44,309 nucleotides of DNA from a virus (IMGVR_UViG_2684622542_000005); one strand, 5' to 3'. Counted from the stretch's first letter, positions 1 to 9,500 are shown. Notes: generated from the sequence alone by a model not told the origin. Made by a program: numbers and translations.

Positions 1-1
1 G

Positions 2-199
2 CTATTACCTTCTTCAGAGAGCCCCCAGCTACTTCCTGTGACTCTCGATGCAGCTGCCGAACAGCCAGAATCGCTCGCAGAGGACCCGAAAACCCTCAGT
101 ATCAGCTGTGAGGTAACGTTCCGGCACGGGACGCTCCGCTTCAATGGCAATGTCAGCGAAAAGCTCCTGACTCTGCTGATACAGGAACTGAAGCGATGA
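2..199 (+). CDS. IS66-family accessory protein (orf1/TnpA), 5' end outside window
   Basis: Open frame from the window edge ending ...LLTLLIQELKR*; its stop overlaps the ATG of the following tnpB (ATGA), the usual IS66 orf1-orf2 coupling. Confidence 0.5.
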   Translation, partial: LLPSSESPQLLPVTLDAAAEQPESLAEDPKTLSISCEVTFRHGTLRFNGNVSEKLLTLLIQELKR

Positions 200-519
200 T
201 CCCGTTACCTTCCGGGATCAAAATTTGGCTGGTTGCCGGTATCACCGATATGAGAAATGGCTTCAACGGCCTGGCTGCGAAAGTACAGACGGCGCTGAAA
301 GACGATCCCATGTCCGGCCATGTTTTCATTTTCCGGGGCCGCAGCGGCAGTCAGGTTAAACTGCTGTGGTCCACCAGTGACGGACTGTGCCTCCTGACCA
401 AACGGCTGGAGCGTGGGCGCTTCGCCTGGCCGTCAGCCCGTGATGGCAAAGTGTTCCTTACACAGGCGCAGCTGGCGATGCTGCTGGAAGGTATCGACTG
501 GCGACATATAACCAGGTGA
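196..519 (+). CDS. tnpB: IS66-family TnpB (orf2), C-terminus probably clipped by prophage insertion
   Basis: 107 aa MIPLPSGIKIWLVAGITDMRNGFNGL...FIFRGRSGSQVKLLW matches the conserved IS66 Orf2 pattern; the last residues (ITR*) run into the prophage left-end repeat. Confidence 0.85.
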   Translation: MIPLPSGIKIWLVAGITDMRNGFNGLAAKVQTALKDDPMSGHVFIFRGRSGSQVKLLWSTSDGLCLLTKRLERGRFAWPSARDGKVFLTQAQLAMLLEGIDWRHITR

Positions 520-682
520 ATCATTTGATACCGACAAGGGGTTTAGTGAAAGGAGGTGAAATCACCTGTAAGATACTGAAATAAAACAGGTGATGGCTAG
601 ATGTGCGGATAAGGTCTATTTGATACCGATTGTGCAATAATTAGTCATTTATTATAAAATCGGCAACTCATTTGATACTGTG
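519..682. repeat. Prophage left end (attL-like): three putative transposase-binding repeats
   Basis: CATTTGATACCGA (522-534), CTATTTGATACCGAT (616-630), CTCATTTGATACTG (667-680); the reverse complement recurs three times at the right end. Confidence 0.55.
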
Positions 683-752
683 GTTTTAGTCTTTTAAGGC
701 GTTCCAAACAATGCGAAATACTCGATATAGTGCAAAATGCGGGCTAATGCTA

Positions 753-1298
753 TTAACCCGCTTTTGGTTCTACCGCGTTAGATTTGCGACTTCTCTCAGT
801 TTCTTCCAAAATCTCTCTGACGCGTTCGTCAGACATACCTTCAAGCTGTAATGCAGCTATTCTTTTCCTTCCTTCTAAGCGGATTAGATCTTGATTTTCA
901 GGCTCTAACAACCGAGCTAAGTACTTGGCTCCATTCAGAACCAAATTTTTCGATAGCTGCTCTAAGTCTTTTTCATCAAGTGCGCTGATAATCGTCATAA
1001 TTATCTTCTTGCTTTCATCTTGATTTTCCTTGATCTCACACCGATTCACTTGTGATGCATCACTGAATCCACATAGCCACTCAACACTTACTCCTTCGAT
1101 AGACGCAATCTGAAGGGCGACACTTAAGGATGGCTCAGTGCCACGAGACAGATAATTGTTTAGTGTTGAAAATGAAAGCCCCCAATCTCTTGCTGCAGCT
1201 CTGACGCTGCGGGAGCCAATCAGCCTTTTCAGACGCTCAGCAATGCTTTCTTTTCTACCACCAGGAAAAGAAAGAGATGTTGTTGTTTGCTTGTTCAT
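753..1298 (-). CDS. Prophage repressor (Mu c-like position, HTH DNA-binding)
   Basis: 181 aa, leftward gene at the left end, divergent from the early operon; N-terminal helix-turn-helix (SVRAAARDWGLSFSTLNNYL), coiled-coil-like C-terminus. Confidence 0.7.
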   Translation of the reverse strand: MNKQTTTSLSFPGGRKESIAERLKRLIGSRSVRAAARDWGLSFSTLNNYLSRGTEPSLSVALQIASIEGVSVEWLCGFSDASQVNRCEIKENQDESKKIIMTIISALDEKDLEQLSKNLVLNGAKYLARLLEPENQDLIRLEGRKRIAALQLEGMSDERVREILEETERSRKSNAVEPKAG

Positions 1299-1578
1299 TT
1301 TCTTTTCTTCCTATCAATTTGANNNNNNNNNNNNNNNNNNNNNNNNNNNNNNNNNNNNNNNNNNNNNNNNNNNNNNNNNNNNNNNNNNNNNNNNNNNNNN
1401 NNNNNNNNNNNNNNNNNNNNNNNNNNNNNNNNNNNNNNNNNNNNNNNNNNNNNNNNNNNNNNNNNNNNNNNNNNNNNNNNNNNNNNNNNNNNNNNNNNNN
1501 NNNNNNNNNNNNNNNNNNNNNNNNNNNNNNNNNNNNNNNNNNNNNNNNNNNNNNNNNNNNNNNNNNNNNNNNNNNNNN

Positions 1579-1719
1579 CGTAAAGCTGGCGTGGGTCAGA
1601 ACAATCTGTACAACGCGGTATACCGCCATGTTCCCAAGTATGAGGGGATTATCGCGGAATGCCTGGGGGTGCCGCCCGAGGAGATTTGGCCCAGCCGCTA
1701 CATTCGTAAGGTCGCGTAA
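1579..1719 (+). CDS. ner: Ner-like DNA-binding protein, C-terminal part (N-terminus lost in N-run)
   Basis: C-terminal ...GIIAECLGVPPEEIWPSRY resembles the Ner/Nlp family C-terminus; sits immediately upstream of the transposase as in Mu. Confidence 0.7.
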   Translation, partial: RKAGVGQNNLYNAVYRHVPKYEGIIAECLGVPPEEIWPSRYIRKVA

Positions 1720-1721
1720 TT

Positions 1722-3809
1722 ATGTTTGCTTCAGTTAAAGAACTGGTTGGATTACCGGGGATGCCGGGAACGGAGCAAGGCGTTCGCTATTCAATCAGGA
1801 AGTATGCAACCAGCGAAACCAGCAGACGCCGCAAGAAAGGCGCTAAAGGTTTTGAATACAGCATTGACTGTTTACCTGAAGTGACACAGCAGGCATTACG
1901 CGAACGTTATGCCCTGCAACTGATGACGCAAAAAGCCGATGAATCACCGGCTCCGGTGGTGACAAAGGCCAGACGCTCGTCTGCCGTGGTTGATGCGGTG
2001 GAGGCATATCGCGGATCACCACAACTGATGGTCGAACGCCTCAATGCCCTGACTGAAAACCAGCGCCAGGTGGCAGACGCACGCATTGCGATCGTCAGTG
2101 AGGTGCTGAAATTCACGCAACAACCCGGTTTCAGCTGCGCTAAAGCTATCCGGTTCCTCGTTAACAGCCTGGCACGATCACAACTGGACGAGCGCATTGT
2201 GGCAATGGTTGAGACGGCGAACGCCAAAAAGGGAAACAGCCGCGCGTTGAGTGAAATCACGCTGAAACGCTGGATTGCGGCCTTTAACAAGGCACAGAAC
2301 GCCGCTGAACGCCTGCTTTTACTGGCACCGGGTAAACGCCAGGAAATAAAAGCCGAAGATATTAACTGGCTGCCCGAATTTCTGGCGCAGTATCGCCAGT
2401 CAAACGGCCGACCAATGACCGAGGCTTACGAGGATTTTGTTGCTGAATGGCAGCACCGGCACGCTGATGAGCCTTATATGCTCGATATCATGCCCTCTTA
2501 TGACACCATTCGCCGCGCAATGAAGAAACTGCCGGAAGTGGTGAAACAAAAAGGCCGGGTAACTGGCAGTGAATACCGTCAGCTTGAGGGATTCACGCGC
2601 CGCGACTGGTCCAGAATGCCGGTGAATTATGTCTGGATTGGTGACGGTCACGGCATGAAGCTGAAATGCGCGCACCCGGTTCACGGGCGGCCATTCGCAC
2701 CGGAAGTGACCTTTGTTATCGACGGTGGCACGCGCTTTGTGGTGGGCTGGAGCCTTGACCTGGCTGAAAATGTTTTCGCCGTAGCCGGTGCCATACAGCA
2801 CGGTATTCGCCATCATGGCAAACCGTTTCTGTATTACTCGGATAATGGCTCCGGGGAAACCGCCGACGTCCTGGATAAGGAGATTGTGGGGATACTGCCA
2901 CGACTGGGGATTAATCACCCGACAGGGATTGCCGGTAATCCGCAGGGACGGGGCATTATCGAACGGCTTAACCGCACATTACCGATGCGCATAGCCCGTA
3001 AATACCGCACCTATTTCGGGAAAGGAGCAGATCGCGAGACGTTACGTAAAACCAACCGCGATTTACGCTCGGCATTCAGTGCCCTGCAACAGGGCAAACG
3101 GCTGAACGCCCGGCAGCAGTCAGCGATGCGTGATTTACCGTCCTGGTCTGAACTGATTGATGCCATTCGTGACGGTGTTGAGTGGTACAACAACCGGCCG
3201 CACGATGAATTACCCATGAAGCCGAACGGTAAACATTACAGCCCGGCGGAGTTCAGAAAAAAACGCCTGGCGGAAGAGGACACGGAAATTGAATGGCTGT
3301 CCGATGTTGAACTGCGGGATATGTTCCGGCCGATGGTGGAGCGCCCTGTAAGACGCTGTGAAATACGCTGGCTGAATAATATTTACTACGCGCCCGAGCT
3401 GCGTGACGAGCATGGCCGTAAGGTACTTATCAGCTATGACATTCATGATGCCGAACGAATTACCGTGCGCCGCCCGGATGGCAGCGTGATTTGCGAGGCG
3501 GTATGGGACGGCAATAAACGCGAAGCCTTCCCTGTCAGCGCGGAATACTACAAACAGCAGCAGCGCCTTAAAGGCATGCGTAAACGCGCAGAGGAAAAAA
3601 TCCGTGATGCCGAGGATGAGGTTGTCAACGTGCTGGAGCACAAGCCGCAGGAGCCCTGGCTGGAAAACATATACCGCCCTGTGGGTAATACGGTGACCGT
3701 TCAGCAACCGGTCGCTGACGATGAACCTGATGAAGAATACGAGCGTAATTTCCAGCGGGGATTGCAACTGCTCGAAGCGAAATTAAAAGAAAGTGATCCG
3801 CTGGCCTGA
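1722..3809 (+). CDS. Mu-type DDE transposase (MuA-like)
   Basis: 695 aa, follows ner, precedes an AAA+ ATPase; size and position match MuA. Confidence 0.9.
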   Translation: MFASVKELVGLPGMPGTEQGVRYSIRKYATSETSRRRKKGAKGFEYSIDCLPEVTQQALRERYALQLMTQKADESPAPVVTKARRSSAVVDAVEAYRGSPQLMVERLNALTENQRQVADARIAIVSEVLKFTQQPGFSCAKAIRFLVNSLARSQLDERIVAMVETANAKKGNSRALSEITLKRWIAAFNKAQNAAERLLLLAPGKRQEIKAEDINWLPEFLAQYRQSNGRPMTEAYEDFVAEWQHRHADEPYMLDIMPSYDTIRRAMKKLPEVVKQKGRVTGSEYRQLEGFTRRDWSRMPVNYVWIGDGHGMKLKCAHPVHGRPFAPEVTFVIDGGTRFVVGWSLDLAENVFAVAGAIQHGIRHHGKPFLYYSDNGSGETADVLDKEIVGILPRLGINHPTGIAGNPQGRGIIERLNRTLPMRIARKYRTYFGKGADRETLRKTNRDLRSAFSALQQGKRLNARQQSAMRDLPSWSELIDAIRDGVEWYNNRPHDELPMKPNGKHYSPAEFRKKRLAEEDTEIEWLSDVELRDMFRPMVERPVRRCEIRWLNNIYYAPELRDEHGRKVLISYDIHDAERITVRRPDGSVICEAVWDGNKREAFPVSAEYYKQQQRLKGMRKRAEEKIRDAEDEVVNVLEHKPQEPWLENIYRPVGNTVTVQQPVADDEPDEEYERNFQRGLQLLEAKLKESDPLA

Positions 3810-3891
3810 AATAAAAAAATAACCCGAGGGGTGACTCAGGTTATTTGAGGTTTCAGTCTCGGAGAATGCTGTCTCAAGCGAGGTGAATAAT

Positions 3892-4824
3892 ATGACCGAT
3901 ATTAACGATGTAATCAAGACCATTGATGAACTTATTGATGGCGGCGTACTGACGCAGTATGCCATCGCCAGAGAGGCGGGAATTTCCGACGGCACATTAT
4001 CGGCTTTCCGTAAGGGAAAATATAAAGGCGATAACGCTGCTGTGGCTGCTTCCCTGCGCTCCTGGTATGAGAACTGGAATAAACAAAGCGCACTGCCGGA
4101 ACCGCCGCAGTTTGTGGAAACTCAGACAGTCCAGGAGCTGCGCGCACTGTTTCAGGCGGTTCGCCTGATGGGCTGTATTAACGTTATTGTGGGCGTACCG
4201 GGTGTGGGTAAAACGGCCACTGCCCGTAATTACTGCCAGGAGCAACCAAACACCTGGATGATCACCCTGTCACCCGCGCACTCCAGCGTCACGGAGTGTC
4301 TGCTGGAGCTGGCCGATGCGCTGGGGATTGATTACACCCGCGCGAACAAAGGGGCATTATCCCGCGCCATCCGCCGTCGCCTGATGGGAACGCGTGGACT
4401 GGTGATTGTGGATGAGGCGGATCATCTTGGTATTGACGGTCTGGAGCAACTCCGGGCAATTCAGGACGCCACGGGGATCGGGATGGTGCTTATTGGTAAC
4501 CCGCGCGGATTGTTTAAAGGTGGACGCCGCGCCTTTGATGATTTATCGCGCCTGTTCAGCCGTCTTGCCCGTACAAAACAACTTCGCAAGGCCAAAAAGG
4601 CGGATGTGCTGGCCATTGCCATGGCGTGGGGGATCAGTGGTGAGGCCGAGCTGGCCGTCATGCAGGCTATCGCTGAAAAGCCGGGAGCGTTACGCGTTCT
4701 GACACATACGCTTAACCAGGCGTGGCTCACCGCCAGCGGTGAAGGCGCGGCGCTGACAGAAAAACATATTAATGCGGCCTTTAAAGAGGTTTATACCAAC
4801 CCTGAATTACTCTCACAGGTGTGA
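3892..4824 (+). CDS. Transposition ATPase / target DNA activator (MuB-like, AAA+)
   Basis: Walker A GVPGVGKTAT and Walker B VIVDEADHL; N-terminal HTH; GAGGTG ribosome-binding site 7 nt before ATG 3892 (ORF track begins at GTG 3883). Confidence 0.9.
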   Translation: MTDINDVIKTIDELIDGGVLTQYAIAREAGISDGTLSAFRKGKYKGDNAAVAASLRSWYENWNKQSALPEPPQFVETQTVQELRALFQAVRLMGCINVIVGVPGVGKTATARNYCQEQPNTWMITLSPAHSSVTECLLELADALGIDYTRANKGALSRAIRRRLMGTRGLVIVDEADHLGIDGLEQLRAIQDATGIGMVLIGNPRGLFKGGRRAFDDLSRLFSRLARTKQLRKAKKADVLAIAMAWGISGEAELAVMQAIAEKPGALRVLTHTLNQAWLTASGEGAALTEKHINAAFKEVYTNPELLSQV

Positions 4825-4826
4825 TT

Positions 4827-5048
4827 ATGGCGGTATTTAATATTCCTGATATTTACGGACGCTTTTACCTGGTTAATTTCGATAACGTGAAGGTGATTTC
4901 ACTGGCCGAAAATAAAGAATGTGGCGATTTACTTTTTGAATTTAATGACCGCACACGAATGGTGATATCTGCCGGACTTGATCGCGAAGGTGCGACAGAA
5001 GTTTACAGCGGAATATGCCGTTCTGTTGGTGCGAAACAAGTCAGCTAA
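4827..5048 (+). CDS. Hypothetical early-region protein
   Basis: ORF starting 3 nt after the MuB stop; ATG 4827 preferred over GTG 4821. Confidence 0.5.
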   Translation: MAVFNIPDIYGRFYLVNFDNVKVISLAENKECGDLLFEFNDRTRMVISAGLDREGATEVYSGICRSVGAKQVS

Positions 5049-5060
5049 ATGAGGTGTTAT

Positions 5061-5315
5061 ATGAATATGCAATCCTGCGGTAACAAAATGAATTTATTCG
5101 ACTCCCTGAACAGCGCGCGCCGTCTGACCGAACTTGCCGGTGCGGTACTGGAACGCAGTAAGCGCTATCCGCAACGTTTTGCACTGAAAACCACGCCGCC
5201 GGTAGGCAACGTGCAGGGAACCGGTGAAATTGAAATCACCATACAGACCAACGGCCTGCGCCGCCGTGTGAAGGCCACCCGCATCAGCGGCTGCACGGTT
5301 TACTGGGAGGTGTGA
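5061..5315 (+). CDS. Hypothetical early-region protein
   Basis: ORF with GAGGTG 4 nt before ATG 5061; start uncertain (5049/5061/5067). Confidence 0.45.
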   Translation: MNMQSCGNKMNLFDSLNSARRLTELAGAVLERSKRYPQRFALKTTPPVGNVQGTGEIEITIQTNGLRRRVKATRISGCTVYWEV

Positions 5316-5316
5316 G

Positions 5317-5598
5317 GTGAAAAAAAATCTCATTGCATGGGCGTGGTCGAGTGGTCTTATTGAGTTTGGTTACGTCCTGCCGGAAGGTGCATTGCCGATA
5401 GTTGCCGGAAAGCCTGCCACGGTACGGCATGTGATTGAGGTTATGGCGCGTCATGGACGTGATGAACAGGAGCAGTTACTGGTTCCGGGGATACCGGAAG
5501 CGGTGACGGAGGAAGAAGCCTTTAATGCCATGATTCGGTTCTGCCGTGAGGTTAGACGCCGGGTCAGTTATCCAAACAGAACGAGGACCAGAGGATGA
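5317..5598 (+). CDS. Hypothetical early-region protein
   Basis: 93-aa ORF with GTG start, tightly packed after the previous ORF. Confidence 0.5.
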   Translation: MKKNLIAWAWSSGLIEFGYVLPEGALPIVAGKPATVRHVIEVMARHGRDEQEQLLVPGIPEAVTEEEAFNAMIRFCREVRRRVSYPNRTRTRG

Positions 5599-5867
5599 GT
5601 AAAGTCGTACGCATTATTTTCGAATACAAGGAAGATGTTATCTGCAAAAACTCTGATGGCAGCACGCACAGAGGGGTAAGTCTGGATATACGTTCAACCG
5701 GAATAAAGAAGAAAGATAATGGACCCGCCATGATTTTTGGGGTGGTTATGCTGGCAGAAAGCAGAAACTTCGCAGAGTTTGTGGCAATGAAAGCCAGTGC
5801 ATTCATGAAAGACAGAGGCATGGCTTCCGGGGTTATTAACGGTAATGAATTTAATCAACAGGGGTAA
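5595..5867 (+). CDS. Hypothetical early-region protein (paralog A)
   Basis: N-terminus MSKVVRIIFEYKEDV; overlaps the previous stop by 4 nt. Confidence 0.55.
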   Translation: MSKVVRIIFEYKEDVICKNSDGSTHRGVSLDIRSTGIKKKDNGPAMIFGVVMLAESRNFAEFVAMKASAFMKDRGMASGVINGNEFNQQG

Positions 5868-5871
5868 TTCC

Positions 5872-6165
5872 ATGAGCAAAGTACGCGTTATTTTTGAATT
5901 TAATCATGTTTCGCATGACGAAAAGTTGGCAGGCAATGACTGTGTTGAAGTGCATGAAAAGATTGGAGTGGATGTGAAAACAGAACGTGATACGGATAAC
6001 AGGCCGACGTCACTCTGTGACGTTTATGCAAGTATTCTCCAGTATCACAGTCCTGCAATTATTCAGTTTCTCTCAGCGGAATTTCAGGCATCTGCACAGT
6101 CTTTTGGAGCGGATGCCATCATTAAACGCCACCGCGTGCATAAAGCATCAGGCACACTGCAATAA
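5872..6165 (+). CDS. Hypothetical early-region protein (paralog B)
   Basis: N-terminus MSKVRVIFEFNHV echoes the preceding ORF, suggesting tandem duplication. Confidence 0.55.
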   Translation: MSKVRVIFEFNHVSHDEKLAGNDCVEVHEKIGVDVKTERDTDNRPTSLCDVYASILQYHSPAIIQFLSAEFQASAQSFGADAIIKRHRVHKASGTLQ

Positions 6166-6176
6166 GGAAAAACAAA

Positions 6177-6707
6177 ATGGCTAAACGCGTTACAAAATTA
6201 AAGGCCGCAGCCGAGGCGGCACCGCAGACCCGGGAAGAAGTCAGCCGTGATATCCGCACCCTGGGAGATATTCAGCGAGAGGCGCTGCGCCTGGAAACGG
6301 CGATGAATGACGAAGTGGCAGAAATCACCGCCCGTTATACGCCGCAGATTGAAAATCTTAAAAAGCAAATCAAAGTGCTTTTTAAAGGGATTCAGGACTG
6401 GTGCAAAACCAACCGTGATGAGCTGACGAACGGCGGCAAAACCAAAACAGCCAATCTGACCACCGGAACGGTGTCATGGCGGCTGGGAACGCCATCATGC
6501 AGCGTCAGCCGTGATGTGGAAGGTGTGATTGAAATGCTGCGCCGTATGGGGCTTGAGCGTTTCATCCGCACGAAAGAGGAAGTGAACAAGGAAGCCGTCC
6601 TGGCGGAGCCGGATGCTGTGAAAGGCATTGCCGGTATCAAGGTGAATAAAGGCGCTGAAAGTTTTTATGTCGAGCCTTTTGAACAGGACGCCGGACTGAA
6701 TAAATAA
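6177..6707 (+). CDS. gam: Host-nuclease inhibitor Gam (Mu Gam-like)
   Basis: 176 aa, size and early-region position as Mu Gam; charged coiled-coil N-terminus. Confidence 0.8.
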   Translation: MAKRVTKLKAAAEAAPQTREEVSRDIRTLGDIQREALRLETAMNDEVAEITARYTPQIENLKKQIKVLFKGIQDWCKTNRDELTNGGKTKTANLTTGTVSWRLGTPSCSVSRDVEGVIEMLRRMGLERFIRTKEEVNKEAVLAEPDAVKGIAGIKVNKGAESFYVEPFEQDAGLNK

Positions 6708-6852
6708 CACCGCATTAATCAATTAAATATCACTTCATTTTAATTATGGCGCTCGCGTCAGGGGACTGCTTGCGCCTGAAAACAGAAAATAAGGGTTAAG
6801 AAATATGAAATACGTTTATATCGTCATTAATAATGTGGTGGGGAAATAAATC

Positions 6853-7386
6853 ATGATTGATGCAAAAGTGCTTGAAGGGGTTAAAAACTGGCTGTGTATT
6901 TATGGCCGCCTGACCTGCGGTGTACTGGCTGAAAAAATGAATATGCCGCCATCCTCCATGGTTTATTTTCTGCGTGATGCGGTTGATGCAGGCGTGCTGA
7001 CGGAATGTAACGGTTTTTATGATATTCCGCGTCCCCGCCCGGTGCAGCCGGTTCGTCGCAAATGCAGCCAGGAATCTGCGGCTGATGATGTTCAGTGGTG
7101 CGGCTTCAGAAAATCCCTGCCATGGATTGAGGGGCATGATATTCCGTCGATGGCGTGGGAATTTGCTCAGGGCGTTCTGACCTGTGAAACCGTTTATGTG
7201 GTGGCTGAAGTTGATGAGCAGGCCATGAAAGAAGGCGTGCCCCAGTTTGTGATGGCGTATATCGACATACGCCTGGGCGTCATTATCTGCGGTTTAAGCG
7301 GCTGGAATATCACTGAACATGTTCTGCGCTACCTGATTGTTGACCGGACAGCAGCGCCTGCCGGGATATCTGCGGAGGTGGCGTAA
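6853..7386 (+). CDS. Hypothetical protein, possible winged-helix N-terminus
   Basis: 177-aa ORF with AT-rich upstream region; no function assignable. Confidence 0.55.
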   Translation: MIDAKVLEGVKNWLCIYGRLTCGVLAEKMNMPPSSMVYFLRDAVDAGVLTECNGFYDIPRPRPVQPVRRKCSQESAADDVQWCGFRKSLPWIEGHDIPSMAWEFAQGVLTCETVYVVAEVDEQAMKEGVPQFVMAYIDIRLGVIICGLSGWNITEHVLRYLIVDRTAAPAGISAEVA

Positions 7387-7901
7387 TGTTCTTTAAAACA
7401 TCAAACCCTTCCGCGCTGGCTGCGTGGCAAAAATACCAGCAGGACTGCCAGAAAGTTAAGGATGAGGCAAAACGCCTTGAGGCCGTGCTGAATGTTGCGT
7501 GCCGGTCGGTATTTGTATCCGGTATCAGTGGATTTTACTTTAAGGGACTGCGTTTTACGGAGGACAAATATCCTTTTCATCGCGACTTATGGCGAAAACC
7601 GACTGCGTCGAATGGCTGGAGCTGCACACCGCGCACATCACGTATCCCTAAAACCCTGCGTGTTGCCTCTGATGAACTGAACAGTCTGTGGCGTGAATAT
7701 TCGCCCGTCACGTATGCCAGAACCGATGCGCTGTTGTTCTGGTTGGGTATTGATTTCTCGGCAATCCTGTTTGGCCCTGTGAAGTGGTTCTGCGTTGACG
7801 ATGTGATTTACCTTCAGTGCGGCGTAAAACCCGCAAAACAGAAAATGACCGAAATACTGTCTGATGAGTTTTATGCTGCTGAAAAGCGAGTCAGGGGGTG
7901 A
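7386..7901 (+). CDS. Hypothetical protein
   Basis: 171-aa ORF whose start overlaps the previous stop. Confidence 0.55.
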   Translation: MFFKTSNPSALAAWQKYQQDCQKVKDEAKRLEAVLNVACRSVFVSGISGFYFKGLRFTEDKYPFHRDLWRKPTASNGWSCTPRTSRIPKTLRVASDELNSLWREYSPVTYARTDALLFWLGIDFSAILFGPVKWFCVDDVIYLQCGVKPAKQKMTEILSDEFYAAEKRVRG

Positions 7902-7904
7902 TGC

Positions 7905-8456
7905 ATGATGAAATTACAACCCATGGGACTAAAAGGTCGCGCCCCCGCTCATGTCCGTCCGTGGACACCTGAAGAAGATGCGCTGCTGATTGCGCTTTAT
8001 TCATCCACCCCGGTTAAGGATATTGCTGCCAGAATAAAAAGAACTGTCTGGGCTGTATATAACCGGACTGGTGTATTGCGCAGTTCATACCCGGAGTTAC
8101 TGAAATATAAACACCCAAGATTTACACCTGATGAAGATAAGTTTATTCGAAAAAATGCCAGAACAATGACCTGCCAGCAAATGGGAGAATATCTCGGACG
8201 TAATAAAGATTCTGTCAGATGTCGGGCAGGAATGATTGGTGCTGGATTAACAAAGTGCGGAGAGTTACGCCCCGGCACGCGCATATCTGATGATGATGTA
8301 CGTCTTATACGTGAGCTGCGTGATTCCGATTACCCACGCCGTCTGTCATTCCGGGAAATTGGCGAAAAGTTTGGAATATCTGAACATTCTGCTCACGCAG
8401 TTTATTACCGTCGCCGGACTGCCGAGGACGCTGTATTACGGGAGTTAACGCCATGA
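7905..8456 (+). CDS. Hypothetical DNA-binding protein with tandem Myb/SANT-like repeats
   Basis: Repeated W/FTP(E/D)ED motifs (RPWTPEEDALL, RFTPDEDKFI) plus a C-terminal HTH-like segment. Confidence 0.55.
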   Translation: MMKLQPMGLKGRAPAHVRPWTPEEDALLIALYSSTPVKDIAARIKRTVWAVYNRTGVLRSSYPELLKYKHPRFTPDEDKFIRKNARTMTCQQMGEYLGRNKDSVRCRAGMIGAGLTKCGELRPGTRISDDDVRLIRELRDSDYPRRLSFREIGEKFGISEHSAHAVYYRRRTAEDAVLRELTP

Positions 8457-8785
8457 TAACGACCTTATTTGTTGAATCAGATGAACCTCTTGTGTGTGCC
8501 GCCGGAATGCCGCTCTGTGGCGGAACGCTGACCGGCGTTTATTTCGGGGATTTGCGCGGTTATCCCTGGCATTCACTGGATGACGCATTTCCGCCTGATA
8601 TGGAGGCTGTCGTGCTGATTGTTCAGTATGGTGACCAACAGGAACTGCGCATCGGCCATATGGGGTATGAAGGCTTTTTTATTGATGAAGAAACCGGAGC
8701 CTGCCTTGAAGATGAGGACGGACAGGTGACGCACTGGTGCCATCTTTCGGCCTTGCCGGAATTACAGGGGATACATAATGGATGA
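8453..8785 (+). CDS. Hypothetical protein
   Basis: 110-aa ORF overlapping the previous stop. Confidence 0.5.
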   Translation: MITTLFVESDEPLVCAAGMPLCGGTLTGVYFGDLRGYPWHSLDDAFPPDMEAVVLIVQYGDQQELRIGHMGYEGFFIDEETGACLEDEDGQVTHWCHLSALPELQGIHNG

Positions 8786-8921
8786 GCAAATTGTTGAATG
8801 TCCCACCTGTGGAAATGAGGACCCGGAGTATCTGAAAGAGTGCCCACATTGTGGTGAGATAAAATGTAACCACTGCGATATGGGCGACGACACTGCATGT
8901 ATAAATTGTGAGGATGAATAA
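8778..8921 (+). CDS. Small Cys-rich zinc-ribbon-like protein (47 aa)
   Basis: MDEQIVECPTCGNEDPEYLKECPHCGEIKCNHCDMGDDTACINCEDE; four CxxC pairs; absent from the ORF track, which omits ORFs under 60 aa. Confidence 0.45.
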   Translation: MDEQIVECPTCGNEDPEYLKECPHCGEIKCNHCDMGDDTACINCEDE

Positions 8922-8922
8922 T

Positions 8923-9210
8923 ATGGAAAAAGAAATCAAATTTGCGCCTAAATCTATCGACGAAGAACTGGCTAAAATCGGCATGCTTGAACGTATGCGG
9001 GACATTATCGAATATGCGATAAAAGAAAATCTTGCAGCCAGAGAAGCCCTTTTGATAATGGAGCGGGAGATTAACCTGATTAAGGATGCTGTATCTCTGG
9101 ATAATAAAATAGCCCGCGAGGAATACGTTCGCCGTAGGCTCGGTGTTGATGGTTCAGCAATTCTTACATCTGAACATTATGCAAAAATTTTTAATCTTTT
9201 TCAGCGGTAA
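8923..9210 (+). CDS. Hypothetical protein
   Basis: ORF starting MEKEIKF (ATG 8923); ORF track start 8908 is an upstream extension. Confidence 0.5.
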   Translation: MEKEIKFAPKSIDEELAKIGMLERMRDIIEYAIKENLAAREALLIMEREINLIKDAVSLDNKIAREEYVRRRLGVDGSAILTSEHYAKIFNLFQR

Positions 9211-9430
9211 TCCCCATACAGGCCCGGAGATTGTCGAAATGCCAGTCGGTATTAATATATGAGCCATCCTGGATATCTTCTGCATTTTCCGGGGTAGAGT
9301 TTTTTTGAGCGAGATTGATAATATGTATTGCCTCCTCACGGGAAATCAGCCCCTTATCGAACAGGGTTACCATAAGATTTCCAGCCATTGTGAATGCGGC
9401 AACATCAAGTGCATTTTTTATATCTGACAT
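9191..9430 (-). CDS. Hypothetical protein on the opposite strand within the early region
   Basis: 79-aa ORF exactly filling the gap between two plus-strand genes; globular-looking composition. Confidence 0.4.
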   Translation of the reverse strand: MSDIKNALDVAAFTMAGNLMVTLFDKGLISREEAIHIINLAQKNSTPENAEDIQDGSYINTDWHFDNLRACMGITAEKD

Positions 9431-9500
9431 AGATTTTTCCTTTTATGTTAATTGACATGGCGGTGCGGTAACACCGCCCATTTTTTATGGAGCCACGATA

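Noticed and set aside
1156-1738. ORF-track entries spanning N-runs as single long ORFs (for example 1156-1719, 1277-1738, 11020-11745, 24283-24876)
   Set aside because: Continuity is an artefact of translating N as X; only the flanking real sequence was annotated.
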